Below are positions 33,530 to 42,148 of a stretch of 64,000 nucleotides of DNA, piece after piece; the stretch's first letter is position 1, and each line of letters starts with the position of its first letter. Source of the stretch: Actinomycetes bacterium (lineage in GTDB: Bacteria; Actinomycetota; Acidimicrobiia; Acidimicrobiales; Bog-793); NCBI GenBank assembly GCA_021809425.1, contig JAKBAA010000001.1, forward strand, positions 26,693-90,692. Direction: 5' to 3'. The translations under genes and the position numbers were made by a program. Below the pieces are notes generated by a model, which did no database searches, was not told the origin of the DNA, and saw nothing but the letters and a program-made list of their open reading frames with translations.

Positions 33530-35041
33530 TCAGCGCCCGGTGCCGCTCGCAGCAGCGAGGGCGGCGAGCGCTGCCGCCTCGGCGGCGACGGCCGCCGCCA
33601 GCTCTGTGTCGTCGGCGAGCGGCGGGTCGAGCGCGGCCAGCGCCCGCCGGGCCGCCTCCGGGCCGTGGCCGGCCCCGACCGGCAGGTCGCCGGCACGGGC
33701 GTCCCGCACCGGGGCGCCCAGGCCGTCGAGGTGGCACAGCCAGGCGGCCACGAGCCGCACGACGCCGGGCGGCAGCCGCCGCCCGGCGCGTGCCGCCGCG
33801 AGCACCGGGACGACCCGCACCCGCAGCTTGTCGGTACCGTCCGCGGCGATCCGCTCCAGGCGGTCGGCGAGGCGGACGTTGGCGAACCGGCCGAGCAACG
33901 TCGCTCGATAGGCGGCGAGGTCGCTCTCCCCGAGCGGGTCGCCCGCCCCGGCATCGACCCCGCCCGCGCTGGCCGCGCTGCCCTGGCCAGCAGGGCCACC
34001 GGCGCCACCGGGGCCACCGGGGCCACCGGGGCCACCGGGGCCAGCAGGGCCACCGGGGCCACCGGCCAGAACGGTGGCGGCCTCGTCCCACCACTGCTCG
34101 AGCCATTCCTGGCAGCGCTCGTCGGCGACGGCCTCGTCGATCTGGCGGTGGCCGAGCAGGCCGCCGGCGTAGGCGAGGAGCGAGTGCCCGCCGTTCAGCA
34201 GGAGGAGCTTGCGGGTGGCATACGGCCGCACGTCGTCGACGAGGCGCGCCCCGGCCGCTTCCCAGGAGGGGCGGCCGGCAGGGAAGTCGCCGGCGAGGAC
34301 CCACTCGGCGAACGGCTCGGTGACGACCGGAGCGGCGTCGTCGGCCCCGGTGGCGGCGGCGACGAGCCGCCGGTCGGCGTCGGTGGCGGCAGGGGTGATC
34401 CGGTCGACGACCGTCGTCACCGGCACGAGCAGGGCGACGAGCGCGGCGGCACGCCGGGCGTCGACCCGCTCGGCGAGCTGGCGGACGGCCCCGGCCAGCA
34501 CGGCGCCGTTGGAGGGGAGGTTGTCGCAGGCGACGAGCGCCACCGGCGGTGCCCCGGCCGCTGCCCGGGCGGCCAGACCGGCGAGCAGGCGCCCCGGCGC
34601 GGTACGCGCCGGCCCTTCCGGGGAGCGGCGCAGGGCGGCGACGTCGTCGTCGAGGTCCGGATCCCCCTGGCGCAGGCGCCCGGCCGGGTCGAGGTGATGG
34701 CCGGCCTCGGTGACGGTGACCGTGACGGCCTGCAGCGCCGGGTCCCGCCAGCGGCGGCGCCACGCGGCGTCGTCGCTTCCCGGGTAGGCCTCGGCGACGG
34801 CGTCGACCACCTCGAAGGCGTCGGTGGCACCCCGGGTGACCAGCGTGTAGCGGCCCCCCTGGCGCTCGAGGGCCTCGGCGAGGGCGGCGGAGCGACCGGA
34901 GAAGGCGGCGTAGCCGTGCTCGGCGGCGTCGGGGGCGTGGGCCGTGTACCAGGCGGCATGCGCCCGGAAGAAGTTGCCGAGACCGAGGTGGACCAGGCGG
35001 ACCGGTGGTGCCGGCCGGTGCCGGGCGAGCGGTTGGCTCAC
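33530..35041 (-). CDS. mannitol dehydrogenase family oxidoreductase (UxuB/UxaB-like)
   Basis: GTG 35041 overlaps the uxaC stop (GTGA). The segments VHLGLGNFFRAH, CDNLPSNG and KLLLLNGGHS match the family. Confidence 0.85.
   Translation of the reverse strand: MSQPLARHRPAPPVRLVHLGLGNFFRAHAAWYTAHAPDAAEHGYAAFSGRSAALAEALERQGGRYTLVTRGATDAFEVVDAVAEAYPGSDDAAWRRRWRDPALQAVTVTVTEAGHHLDPAGRLRQGDPDLDDDVAALRRSPEGPARTAPGRLLAGLAARAAAGAPPVALVACDNLPSNGAVLAGAVRQLAERVDARRAAALVALLVPVTTVVDRITPAATDADRRLVAAATGADDAAPVVTEPFAEWVLAGDFPAGRPSWEAAGARLVDDVRPYATRKLLLLNGGHSLLAYAGGLLGHRQIDEAVADERCQEWLEQWWDEAATVLAGGPGGPAGPGGPGGPGGPGGAGGPAGQGSAASAGGVDAGAGDPLGESDLAAYRATLLGRFANVRLADRLERIAADGTDKLRVRVVPVLAAARAGRRLPPGVVRLVAAWLCHLDGLGAPVRDARAGDLPVGAGHGPEAARRALAALDPPLADDTELAAAVAAEAAALAALAAASGTGR
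33985..34074. repeat. 9-nt tandem repeat (GGCCACCGG)x10 inside the mannitol dehydrogenase CDS
   Basis: Direct reading of the sequence. It encodes GGPGGPAGPGGPGGPGGPGGAGGPAG on the minus strand. Confidence 0.9.
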
Positions 35042-36453
35042 AGCTTGAAGGCGGTGCGCGCCTGGGAGACGAGGCCGGCCGCTACCTCGGCGGCCTCGTC
35101 CTCGCCGAGGCGGTGCTCGGCGACGAGCCGGGCCAGCGTGCCCGCCTCGATCCGGCGTGCCATGTCGTGACGCGCCGGGATGGAGCAGAAGGCACGGGTG
35201 TCGTCGACGAAGCCCGACAGGCGGCTGAACCCTGCCGTCTCGGTGACGGCCTCGTGGAAGCGGCGGATGGCATCGGGGGCGTCGAGGAACCACCACGGCA
35301 CGCCGGCGTACACGCTCGGGTAGAACCCGGCGAGGGGGGCCAGCTCGCGCGACCAGACGGTCTCGTCGGTGCTGAACACGACGAGGTGGAAGCCGTGCAC
35401 GGTGCCGAACCGCTCGAGCAGCGGCCGGAGGGAACGGGTGAGCTCGAGGCGGACCGGGATGTCGTGGCCGGTGTCCGGTCCGAACCGCTCGGTGGTGGGG
35501 CCGTGGTGGCCGCGCAGCACGCCGGCGTGCAGGGCCATGACGAGGCCGTCCTCGCACGAGCAGCGGGCCATCTCGAGCAGCAGGTGGCGGCGAAGGGCCG
35601 CCGCCTCGGCCGGGGTCGCCGTGCCGGCGCGGGCGCTCCGGTGGATCCGCTCGGCCTCCGATGCCGACAGCGGCTCGGTGCCGGCGTCGAGGTGGGCGTG
35701 GTCGCTCGCCGTGGCGCCGTTCTCGATGAAGTGGCGCCGTCGTACAGAAAGTGCCTCGACCAGGCCGGCTGCCGTGCCGGTGTCGGTGTCGGCCGCCTTT
35801 GCCAGGCGCGTGAGGTGGGCTGGCCAGCCCGGGCGGCCGGGCTCGAGGTAGGGGTCGGGGCGGAACGTCGGGCGCACGGAGAAGCCGGCCGCCTGGAGGG
35901 CGGCGTGCGCGGCGAGGTCGTCGCAGGGATCGTCGGTGGTGGCGAGCACGTCGAGGCGGAACCGGCGGAACAGCGCCCTCGGGCGGAATGCCGGCTCGGC
36001 GAGCCGGGCGGCGACGGCGTCGTAGGTGCGCTCGGCCGAGGCCGCCGACAGGGGCTCGTCGACGCCGAACAGGTCGGCGAGCTCGTGCTCGAGCCACCAC
36101 CGCACCGGGGTTCCCCGGAACCGGGTCCACCGCTCGCACAGCCGCTGCCAGATGGCCCGCGCCTCGGCCTCGCTCGGCGGCGAGCTCGCCACGCCGGCCG
36201 GACGCCGCCCGAGGAGCTCGAGCGGGACGCCGTCGGCGTGGAGGAGTCGGGTGACGTAGTGGTCGGGGGTGACGAGCAGGCTGGCCGGGTCGGCGAACGG
36301 GGCGTCGTCCAGCAGCACCCGGGCGTCGACGTGCCCGTGGGGCGACACGATCGGGGCGTCGCGCACCGCCTCGTAGAGCCGGCGGGCGATCGGGCGCAGC
36401 GCCGGGTCGGGCGGGAGCAGGCGGTCGGGGTGGGGGGTTCCGGTGGCCGGCAC
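35038..36453 (-). CDS. uxaC: glucuronate (uronate) isomerase
   Basis: 471 aa. The segments IVSPHGHVD, LLVTPDHYVTRLL and VFSTDETVWSREL are characteristic of UxaC. Confidence 0.9.
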   Translation of the reverse strand: MPATGTPHPDRLLPPDPALRPIARRLYEAVRDAPIVSPHGHVDARVLLDDAPFADPASLLVTPDHYVTRLLHADGVPLELLGRRPAGVASSPPSEAEARAIWQRLCERWTRFRGTPVRWWLEHELADLFGVDEPLSAASAERTYDAVAARLAEPAFRPRALFRRFRLDVLATTDDPCDDLAAHAALQAAGFSVRPTFRPDPYLEPGRPGWPAHLTRLAKAADTDTGTAAGLVEALSVRRRHFIENGATASDHAHLDAGTEPLSASEAERIHRSARAGTATPAEAAALRRHLLLEMARCSCEDGLVMALHAGVLRGHHGPTTERFGPDTGHDIPVRLELTRSLRPLLERFGTVHGFHLVVFSTDETVWSRELAPLAGFYPSVYAGVPWWFLDAPDAIRRFHEAVTETAGFSRLSGFVDDTRAFCSIPARHDMARRIEAGTLARLVAEHRLGEDEAAEVAAGLVSQARTAFKL

Positions 36454-36507
36454 CCCCCTAGTTTGGCCGCCGGGGAGGGGCGGTGCGCGACGTGCCGGCG
36501 CCGCGCG

Positions 36508-37794
36508 TCATGCCGGGGGGCCGCCCGTCGCCGTACCGAGCGCCTGGTCGAGGTCGTCGAGCAGGTCGTCGACGTGCTCGAGGCCGAGCGACAGCCGGAT
36601 CATGTCCGGGCGGATGCCCACCGCCTCGAGGTCGGCCGGGCCGAGCTGGCGGTGGGTGGTCGAGGCGGGGTGGACCACGAGCGAGCGGGTGTCGCCCAGG
36701 TTGAGCATGCGCTTGAACAGCTGCACGGCGTCGAAGAAGGCAAGGCCGGCCTCGTAGCCGCCGGCGACCCCGAAGGTGAGCACCGACGGGCAGCGCCCGC
36801 CGAGGTAGCGGGCGACGAGGTCGTGGCTCGGGTGGTCGGGGAAGCCGGCATAGCTGACCCAGGCGACTCGCGGGTCGTCGCGCAGGTACTCGGCGACGGC
36901 CCGGGCGTTGGCCATCTGCCGCTCGAGCCGCACGGCCAGCGTCTCGAGCCCCTGGAGGGCGAGGAAGGCGTTGAAGGGTGCCAGGGTCGGCCCGCCGTTG
37001 CGCATCCCGACGGTGCGGCACCGCACGAGGTAGGCGCGCTCGGGGAAGTCGCGGGCGTACACCACGCCGTGGAAGGCCGGCTCGGGCTCGTTGAGCATCG
37101 GGAAGCGCCCGGGGTGGTCGCCCCAGGGAAAGCGGCCGGCGTCGACGACGACGCCGCCGAGCAGCGTGCCGTGTCCGCCGACGAACTTCGTGAGCGAGTG
37201 CACGACCACGTCGGCGCCGTGGTCGATCGGCTTCAGGAGCAGCGGCGTGGCCATCGTGTTGTCGACGACCAGCGGAACGCCGGCCTCGTGGGCCACCTCG
37301 GCGAGGGCGGCGAGGTCGACCAGGTTGCCGGCCGGGTTGCCGATGCTCTCGCAGTAGACGAGCCGGGTGTCGTCGTCGATCAGGCGGGCCACCGCCTCCG
37401 GGCGGTCGTCGGTGGAGAAGCGCGCCTCGATGCCCTCCTCGGCGAGCCCGTGGGCGAACAGCGTGTAGGTCGCCCCGTACAGGTTGGGCACCGTCACCAC
37501 GTTGCTGCCGGCAGTCGCAAGGTTGCGCACGGCCTGGTACACGGCAGCCATGCCCGAGGCGTAGCTGAGGGCGCCGGTGCCGTGCTCGAGGGCGGCCATG
37601 CGACGCTCGAGGACGTCGTTGGTCGGGTTGGCCAGCCGGTTGTAATGGAAGCCGGGCTGCTCGAGGTCGAAGATCCTCCCGGCCACCTCGGCGCTCTCGA
37701 GCTCGTGGGACACCGTCTGGTAGATCGGCACGGCGCCTGCCCCGGTCGCCTCGCCGGCGTAGCCGCCGTGGATCGCTACGGTCTCGTCGCGCAC
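36508..37794 (-). CDS. metY: O-acetylhomoserine/O-succinylhomoserine sulfhydrylase-type PLP enzyme
   Basis: GTG 37794 follows GAGGAGG. The segments VAIHGGY, NPTNDVLE and the PLP lysine motif HSLTKFVGGHG match MetY. The C-terminus reads IRLSLGLEHVDDL. Confidence 0.9.
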   Translation of the reverse strand: MRDETVAIHGGYAGEATGAGAVPIYQTVSHELESAEVAGRIFDLEQPGFHYNRLANPTNDVLERRMAALEHGTGALSYASGMAAVYQAVRNLATAGSNVVTVPNLYGATYTLFAHGLAEEGIEARFSTDDRPEAVARLIDDDTRLVYCESIGNPAGNLVDLAALAEVAHEAGVPLVVDNTMATPLLLKPIDHGADVVVHSLTKFVGGHGTLLGGVVVDAGRFPWGDHPGRFPMLNEPEPAFHGVVYARDFPERAYLVRCRTVGMRNGGPTLAPFNAFLALQGLETLAVRLERQMANARAVAEYLRDDPRVAWVSYAGFPDHPSHDLVARYLGGRCPSVLTFGVAGGYEAGLAFFDAVQLFKRMLNLGDTRSLVVHPASTTHRQLGPADLEAVGIRPDMIRLSLGLEHVDDLLDDLDQALGTATGGPPA

Positions 37795-37807
37795 GCGCCC
37801 TCCTCGC

Positions 37808-38746
37808 TCAGCCCGCCCGCCGGGTCGTCGCAGCCTTGCGGTGGGCGACCTCGTCGAGCCAGTTGGCGAGCAGGCGCACCATCGGCGGCCGCCAGGTGGC
37901 GTCGAGGCCGGCAGCGCACGCCTCGAAGGGGAACGCGTCCGCCAGGCCCGACGGGCGCCCGATGGCCCGAAGGCGGAAGTCCCGGAGGCGGGCGGCGCCG
38001 CTGGCCGGGAGGTAGCCGGAGGGCAGCTCGGGGTACTTGTCCTGCTCACCGGCCAGGTAGCGGCGCACGTCACGCCGGTACTCCCGCAGCAGCGTCGTGG
38101 CGTCGTACTCGGGGTGCCCCTGGAGCAGCAGGCGGAGGCAGCCGTCGTCGCGGGCGGCGACCGTCCAGCCGACGGTGTCCGACCCGGCCAGCACCTGATA
38201 GCCGCTCGCCTCGAGGTCGGCTGGGGTGACGTCGTGCAGGCGCGAGTGCGGGCAGGCGACGGGGCCGACGTCCCGGGTGAGCCGGTGGGTGGCGTCGACC
38301 CACTGGGGGAACACCCCGCTCAGCTTCTGCGGCAGCCGCCGCCGCTCGACGCCGTCGCCGGCGAGGAGGGCACCGTGGGCGGCGAGGCACGACAGGGCAA
38401 CCGAGTGGGTCGACTGCTTCGCCCAGTCGAGCAGCGACGAGAGGGAAGCCCAGGTCGGCTCCTCGCGCAGGTCGCGACAGCGGGGCTCGCTGCCCGTGAC
38501 GACGAGGGCATCGGGCGGCCGGCGCTGCAGGTCCTCAACGGCCTCGTAGCGCCCGTCGAGCTCGTGGCGCACGCCGTCCCCCCGGCCGGGATCCGGGAGC
38601 GAGGTCAGGCGCAGCACGAACGGCCGCCCGCCCGCCGCCGCCTCGAGCAGGTCACGAAACTGGCGCTCGGTCGCCAGGAAAGCGGCGTCGGGCATGTTGT
38701 TGACGAGCGCCACCTCGACGGCGGCCGGCCGCGAGCCCATCGTCAC
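37808..38746 (-). CDS. metA: homoserine O-acyltransferase, MetA family
   Basis: The sequence aligns with E. coli MetA. LVNNMPD corresponds to ILNLMPKK, the nucleophile Cys lies in LSCLAAH, and PHSRL and GHPEYD are present. GTG 38746 overlaps the upstream stop (GTGA). Confidence 0.85.
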   Translation of the reverse strand: MTMGSRPAAVEVALVNNMPDAAFLATERQFRDLLEAAAGGRPFVLRLTSLPDPGRGDGVRHELDGRYEAVEDLQRRPPDALVVTGSEPRCRDLREEPTWASLSSLLDWAKQSTHSVALSCLAAHGALLAGDGVERRRLPQKLSGVFPQWVDATHRLTRDVGPVACPHSRLHDVTPADLEASGYQVLAGSDTVGWTVAARDDGCLRLLLQGHPEYDATTLLREYRRDVRRYLAGEQDKYPELPSGYLPASGAARLRDFRLRAIGRPSGLADAFPFEACAAGLDATWRPPMVRLLANWLDEVAHRKAATTRRAG

Positions 38747-40101
38747 GCCACCGCCGGCCGCCGCTCCGCCAGGGCCGCCTGCTGCTGGGGCGCCCTGCCG
38801 ACCGTCCTGCCGTCCTCGCCGCCCTCAGCGAGCGCGTAGTCATCGGCGAGCTCGTAGCGGGCCTCGACGAGGTCGTCCAGCTGGCGGCGTGCGGCTGCCA
38901 CCCCGGCCAGGTCGGGCGCTGTGCCGACGACCGAGAAGAGGAACGACCGGGAGCCGAGGCGCGGGTCGAAGGTGCTCCCGGGCGGCAGGTGCGGCGCCAC
39001 GCTCTCCACCCCGGGTGCCGAGGCGAGCTCGCGCAGCCCGGAGAGCGAGACGAGCCGGCGGGCCTCGACGGGCGGCTGGTAGAAGAACCGGTAGCCGAAC
39101 CGCTGGCAGGGGAGGAGGGCCGGGCAGTCGACCGGCAGGTCGAGCGCGCCGCGCAGATGGTCGACCAGCAGGTCCCGCCCGGAGGCGGCGAGCAGCAGGT
39201 CGCGGATGCCACCGCCCATCCGGCCGTTGACCTCGAGGATGCGCGGGCCGTCCGGGGTGAGCTTGACCTCGGTGTGCAAGCAGCCGGTCGTCACCTCGAG
39301 CGCCTCGAGGGCAGCAGTGGCCGTCGACAGGACGGCGGCGGTGGCGGCCCGGTCGAGGTGGCCGGCCGGAAGGAAGAACCCGGTCTCGCGAAAGGGCGCC
39401 ACCGGCGGTGTGCGGCCGGTGACGGCCACGTGCACGAGGCCGCGCGAGGTGGCGAGCGTCTCCACCGACACGTAGTCGGCGAACGGCCCGTCGGTGGCCC
39501 CTTGCATGCTCGGGAGGTACTCCTCGAGCACCATCGCCGAGGGGGCACCGGCCGAGCCGGACACCTCGCCCAACGCCCTCGCCAGGTCGCCGGGGTCCTC
39601 GACGAGGAACGTGTGGTAGCTGCCCGAGCCCTGTCGCGGCTTGAGCACGGCCGGAAAGTCGACGTGCCGGGCGGCCTCCGCCGCCGCCTCGAGGTCGCTC
39701 GGGTCGAGGAGGGGCACGATCGCCGGGCCGGGCAGGCCGGCGCTGGCGAGCGCCCGGCGCTGGGTCAGCTTGTCGGCCAGCCGCTCGGCCACCTCGGGAC
39801 GGTGGAAGCGCAGGCCGAGCGCCGCCGCCAGGCGGGCGACGAGAACGAGGTCGTCGTCGCGGAAGGCGACCGCCCCGGCCAGCTCGTGGCCGGCGAGCTC
39901 GGCGACGAGGACGGCGAACGGCTGGTCCGTGCGCACGACCGGGCCCAGGTGGTCGAGCAGGCGGCGGGTCGCCACGACGTCGGGGTCGGACGGATCGACG
40001 AGGAAGACCGGCCGGCACAGCCCGGAGGCGGCACCGGCCAGCTGGAGGACCGGCAGCGAGCGGTAGCCGTGCGGGACGAGCACGGCGGGGAGCCCGCTCA
40101 C
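38743..40101 (-). CDS. ATP-grasp domain protein (L-amino-acid-ligase-like)
   Basis: GTG 40101 overlaps the upstream stop (GTGA). The ATP-grasp segments are AVLKPRQGSGSYHTF, VLEEYLP and ILEVNGRMGGG. Confidence 0.8.
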   Translation of the reverse strand: MSGLPAVLVPHGYRSLPVLQLAGAASGLCRPVFLVDPSDPDVVATRRLLDHLGPVVRTDQPFAVLVAELAGHELAGAVAFRDDDLVLVARLAAALGLRFHRPEVAERLADKLTQRRALASAGLPGPAIVPLLDPSDLEAAAEAARHVDFPAVLKPRQGSGSYHTFLVEDPGDLARALGEVSGSAGAPSAMVLEEYLPSMQGATDGPFADYVSVETLATSRGLVHVAVTGRTPPVAPFRETGFFLPAGHLDRAATAAVLSTATAALEALEVTTGCLHTEVKLTPDGPRILEVNGRMGGGIRDLLLAASGRDLLVDHLRGALDLPVDCPALLPCQRFGYRFFYQPPVEARRLVSLSGLRELASAPGVESVAPHLPPGSTFDPRLGSRSFLFSVVGTAPDLAGVAAARRQLDDLVEARYELADDYALAEGGEDGRTVGRAPQQQAALAERRPAVA

Positions 40102-41954
40102 GGGGCGCCCCCGGCGATCTCGTCGACGCAGCGCCCGGCGTCGAGGAACGCCCGGACCCTGCTGGCCGGCGACGGGAGGTAGGCCGTGTAGTACCGCACC
40201 CCTTCGCTCGGAGCGCCGAACACCCAGAGCCGTCGCTCCACACCGCTCGCCGTGCGCGGGTGGAAGTCGTCGGTGAGGTCGATCGAGCCGACGTCCTCGC
40301 CGTCGAGGTGCAGCTGGCGGATGCGGCCCCGGTCGTACAGGCGACGGAGCAGCGGCGAGCTCGAGCGGTGGATGGTCGGCTCGTCGAGGTGGCCGACGAC
40401 CACGTGGTCCACGCGCTCGGCGTGCGGGTTGTCGAGGAACCGGGACACCACGACCGCCCCCTGCTTCGCCGGCAGCACGGCGGGGGCCGGCCCGAAGGGC
40501 ATGCGGACGATCTCGGCGTCCATCAACGCCAGCAGCTGCTCGGAGCGGTGCACCGGCGGCCCGGCGACCAGCCGGGCGAGCGGGTTGCGCAGGTTGGCCT
40601 GGAAGTCCCGGTACGAGGCGGCGGTGAGCCCGCCGAACTCGAGGGCGAGCCGCAAGGTGTCTCGCAGCGCCCGCAGCACCTCCTGGGCGCGCTTGTGCGG
40701 GCTCGACCCGTTGGGCACCCGCGCCGCCGCGACGTCCTGCTCGAGCATCGCCGAGACGTGGGTCTGGTAGTCCTTGCCGCTGAGGAACGAGCCGCCGCCC
40801 TTGGCGAACAGCGCCTCGGTGGCGTCGAACGGTCCGAAGCGCTCGGCGAGGTCGGCGACGGCTGCCGGGTAGGTGCCGGTGCGCCACGCAGCGGCCAGCG
40901 TCGCGGCGACGGCCCGGCCCGCCTCGGGACCCTGCTCCGCCGCGGCGCACTCGTGGTAGTAGCACGACGTCATCTCGGCGAGCACGAGCGGCACCAGCTC
41001 GCGCCGGGCGTCGATCGGTCGGCCGCCCGGTCGCGGCGGCGCGGCACCGTCGGGTGCCAGCGGCGAGGCCGCTGGCGGCCCCGGGATGCGCCGCAGGTTG
41101 GCCACCGCCTCCGGCGTCAGGATGGTGGGCCGGTAGCCACCGGTCATGTCGGCCGCCCCGAGCGACTTCGCGCAGTACGGGTAGCCGGAGCGCGAGAACA
41201 GGCTGAGCCTCGGCTCCTCGCCGGAGGGCAGGTAGTGCAGTCCGCCGTTGCGTCGGACGAACGTCCCGCCGCGGCCCACGGTGAGCGCCGTGACGACGTC
41301 GACGGCGACGAGCCCCATTCCGCGAATGGCGACCGACGACCCGGGACGGATGGCGCGCTGCAGGGCTCCCACCGGGTACGGCGCCAGCATGAACTCCGGC
41401 AGCGACCGCTCGTTGGCGGTGTGACCGGTCGTGAGCACCACGTGGTCCACCTCGAGGACGGCGCCGTTCGCCAGCTGCACCCGCTCCCTGCCTTCACGGG
41501 TGGCCACGTCGACGGCGAGCGTCTCGTGGTGCACGATGCGGACCGAGGCAGGTGCCTCCTCGACGAGGCAGCGGTAGAACCAGGCGAGGTACTCGCCCAT
41601 CAGCCGGCGCGGCAGGAAGTCGTGGGGGCTGATCGGCCGGCCTGCCGTCGTCCGCTCGCAGCGGTCGCCGACCCACTGGTACCCCTCGTTGACGGCCCAC
41701 TCGTGGAACCCGGTCGCCCGCCGGCCGCGCGCCGCCTCGGGGAACGGGTACATCGAGTGCTCCCCGCAGGGGGTGTTGAGGATCAGGTAGTCGGGCTGGT
41801 CGCCGCCGAAGACCCCCGGGCCGGGCATGCTCGGGTCGATCACGTGCACGGTGAGGCCGGGGATGTCGGAGCGCTCCATCCACGTCGTGACGAGGCGTTC
41901 GAGCACGGCAAGGCCCCAGGGGCCCATGCCGATGACTGCGACGTCGATCATCAT
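40098..41954 (-). CDS. FAD/NAD(P)-binding protein (NAD_binding_9-like, about 618 aa)
   Basis: ATG 41954 gives MMIDVAVIGMGPWGLAVLERL. A second dinucleotide motif is VAIRGMGLVAVDVV. The overall architecture matches the uncharacterised FAD-NAD(P)-binding proteins. Confidence 0.8.
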   Translation of the reverse strand: MMIDVAVIGMGPWGLAVLERLVTTWMERSDIPGLTVHVIDPSMPGPGVFGGDQPDYLILNTPCGEHSMYPFPEAARGRRATGFHEWAVNEGYQWVGDRCERTTAGRPISPHDFLPRRLMGEYLAWFYRCLVEEAPASVRIVHHETLAVDVATREGRERVQLANGAVLEVDHVVLTTGHTANERSLPEFMLAPYPVGALQRAIRPGSSVAIRGMGLVAVDVVTALTVGRGGTFVRRNGGLHYLPSGEEPRLSLFSRSGYPYCAKSLGAADMTGGYRPTILTPEAVANLRRIPGPPAASPLAPDGAAPPRPGGRPIDARRELVPLVLAEMTSCYYHECAAAEQGPEAGRAVAATLAAAWRTGTYPAAVADLAERFGPFDATEALFAKGGGSFLSGKDYQTHVSAMLEQDVAAARVPNGSSPHKRAQEVLRALRDTLRLALEFGGLTAASYRDFQANLRNPLARLVAGPPVHRSEQLLALMDAEIVRMPFGPAPAVLPAKQGAVVVSRFLDNPHAERVDHVVVGHLDEPTIHRSSSPLLRRLYDRGRIRQLHLDGEDVGSIDLTDDFHPRTASGVERRLWVFGAPSEGVRYYTAYLPSPASRVRAFLDAGRCVDEIAGGAP

Positions 41955-42148
41955 CCTCCCGCCTCGCTCCCGGGCTCCAGGCCGCTCGCTCACCCGAAAC
42001 CTACGAAGGGTGCGTCTCAGGCCCGTCTGCTTGCCGTCTCGACCTCCGACACCACGTACCGGGTGGCGCGGCCAACGGGAGCGACGGCACCCAGACGCAC
42101 GCGAGCGGGCCGACGGGGCCTGCACCGACCGGCCGGCGGTAGCTTGAG

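Noticed and set aside
41955-42148. SAM-I or SAM-IV riboswitch in front of the met-containing operon.
   Set aside because: I could not find the conserved cores I remember for these classes (for example the GGCAACC-type segment of SAM-IV or the kink-turn/AGA-GG elements of SAM-I). Only generic nested helices are visible, and these are reported separately as a low-confidence structured leader.
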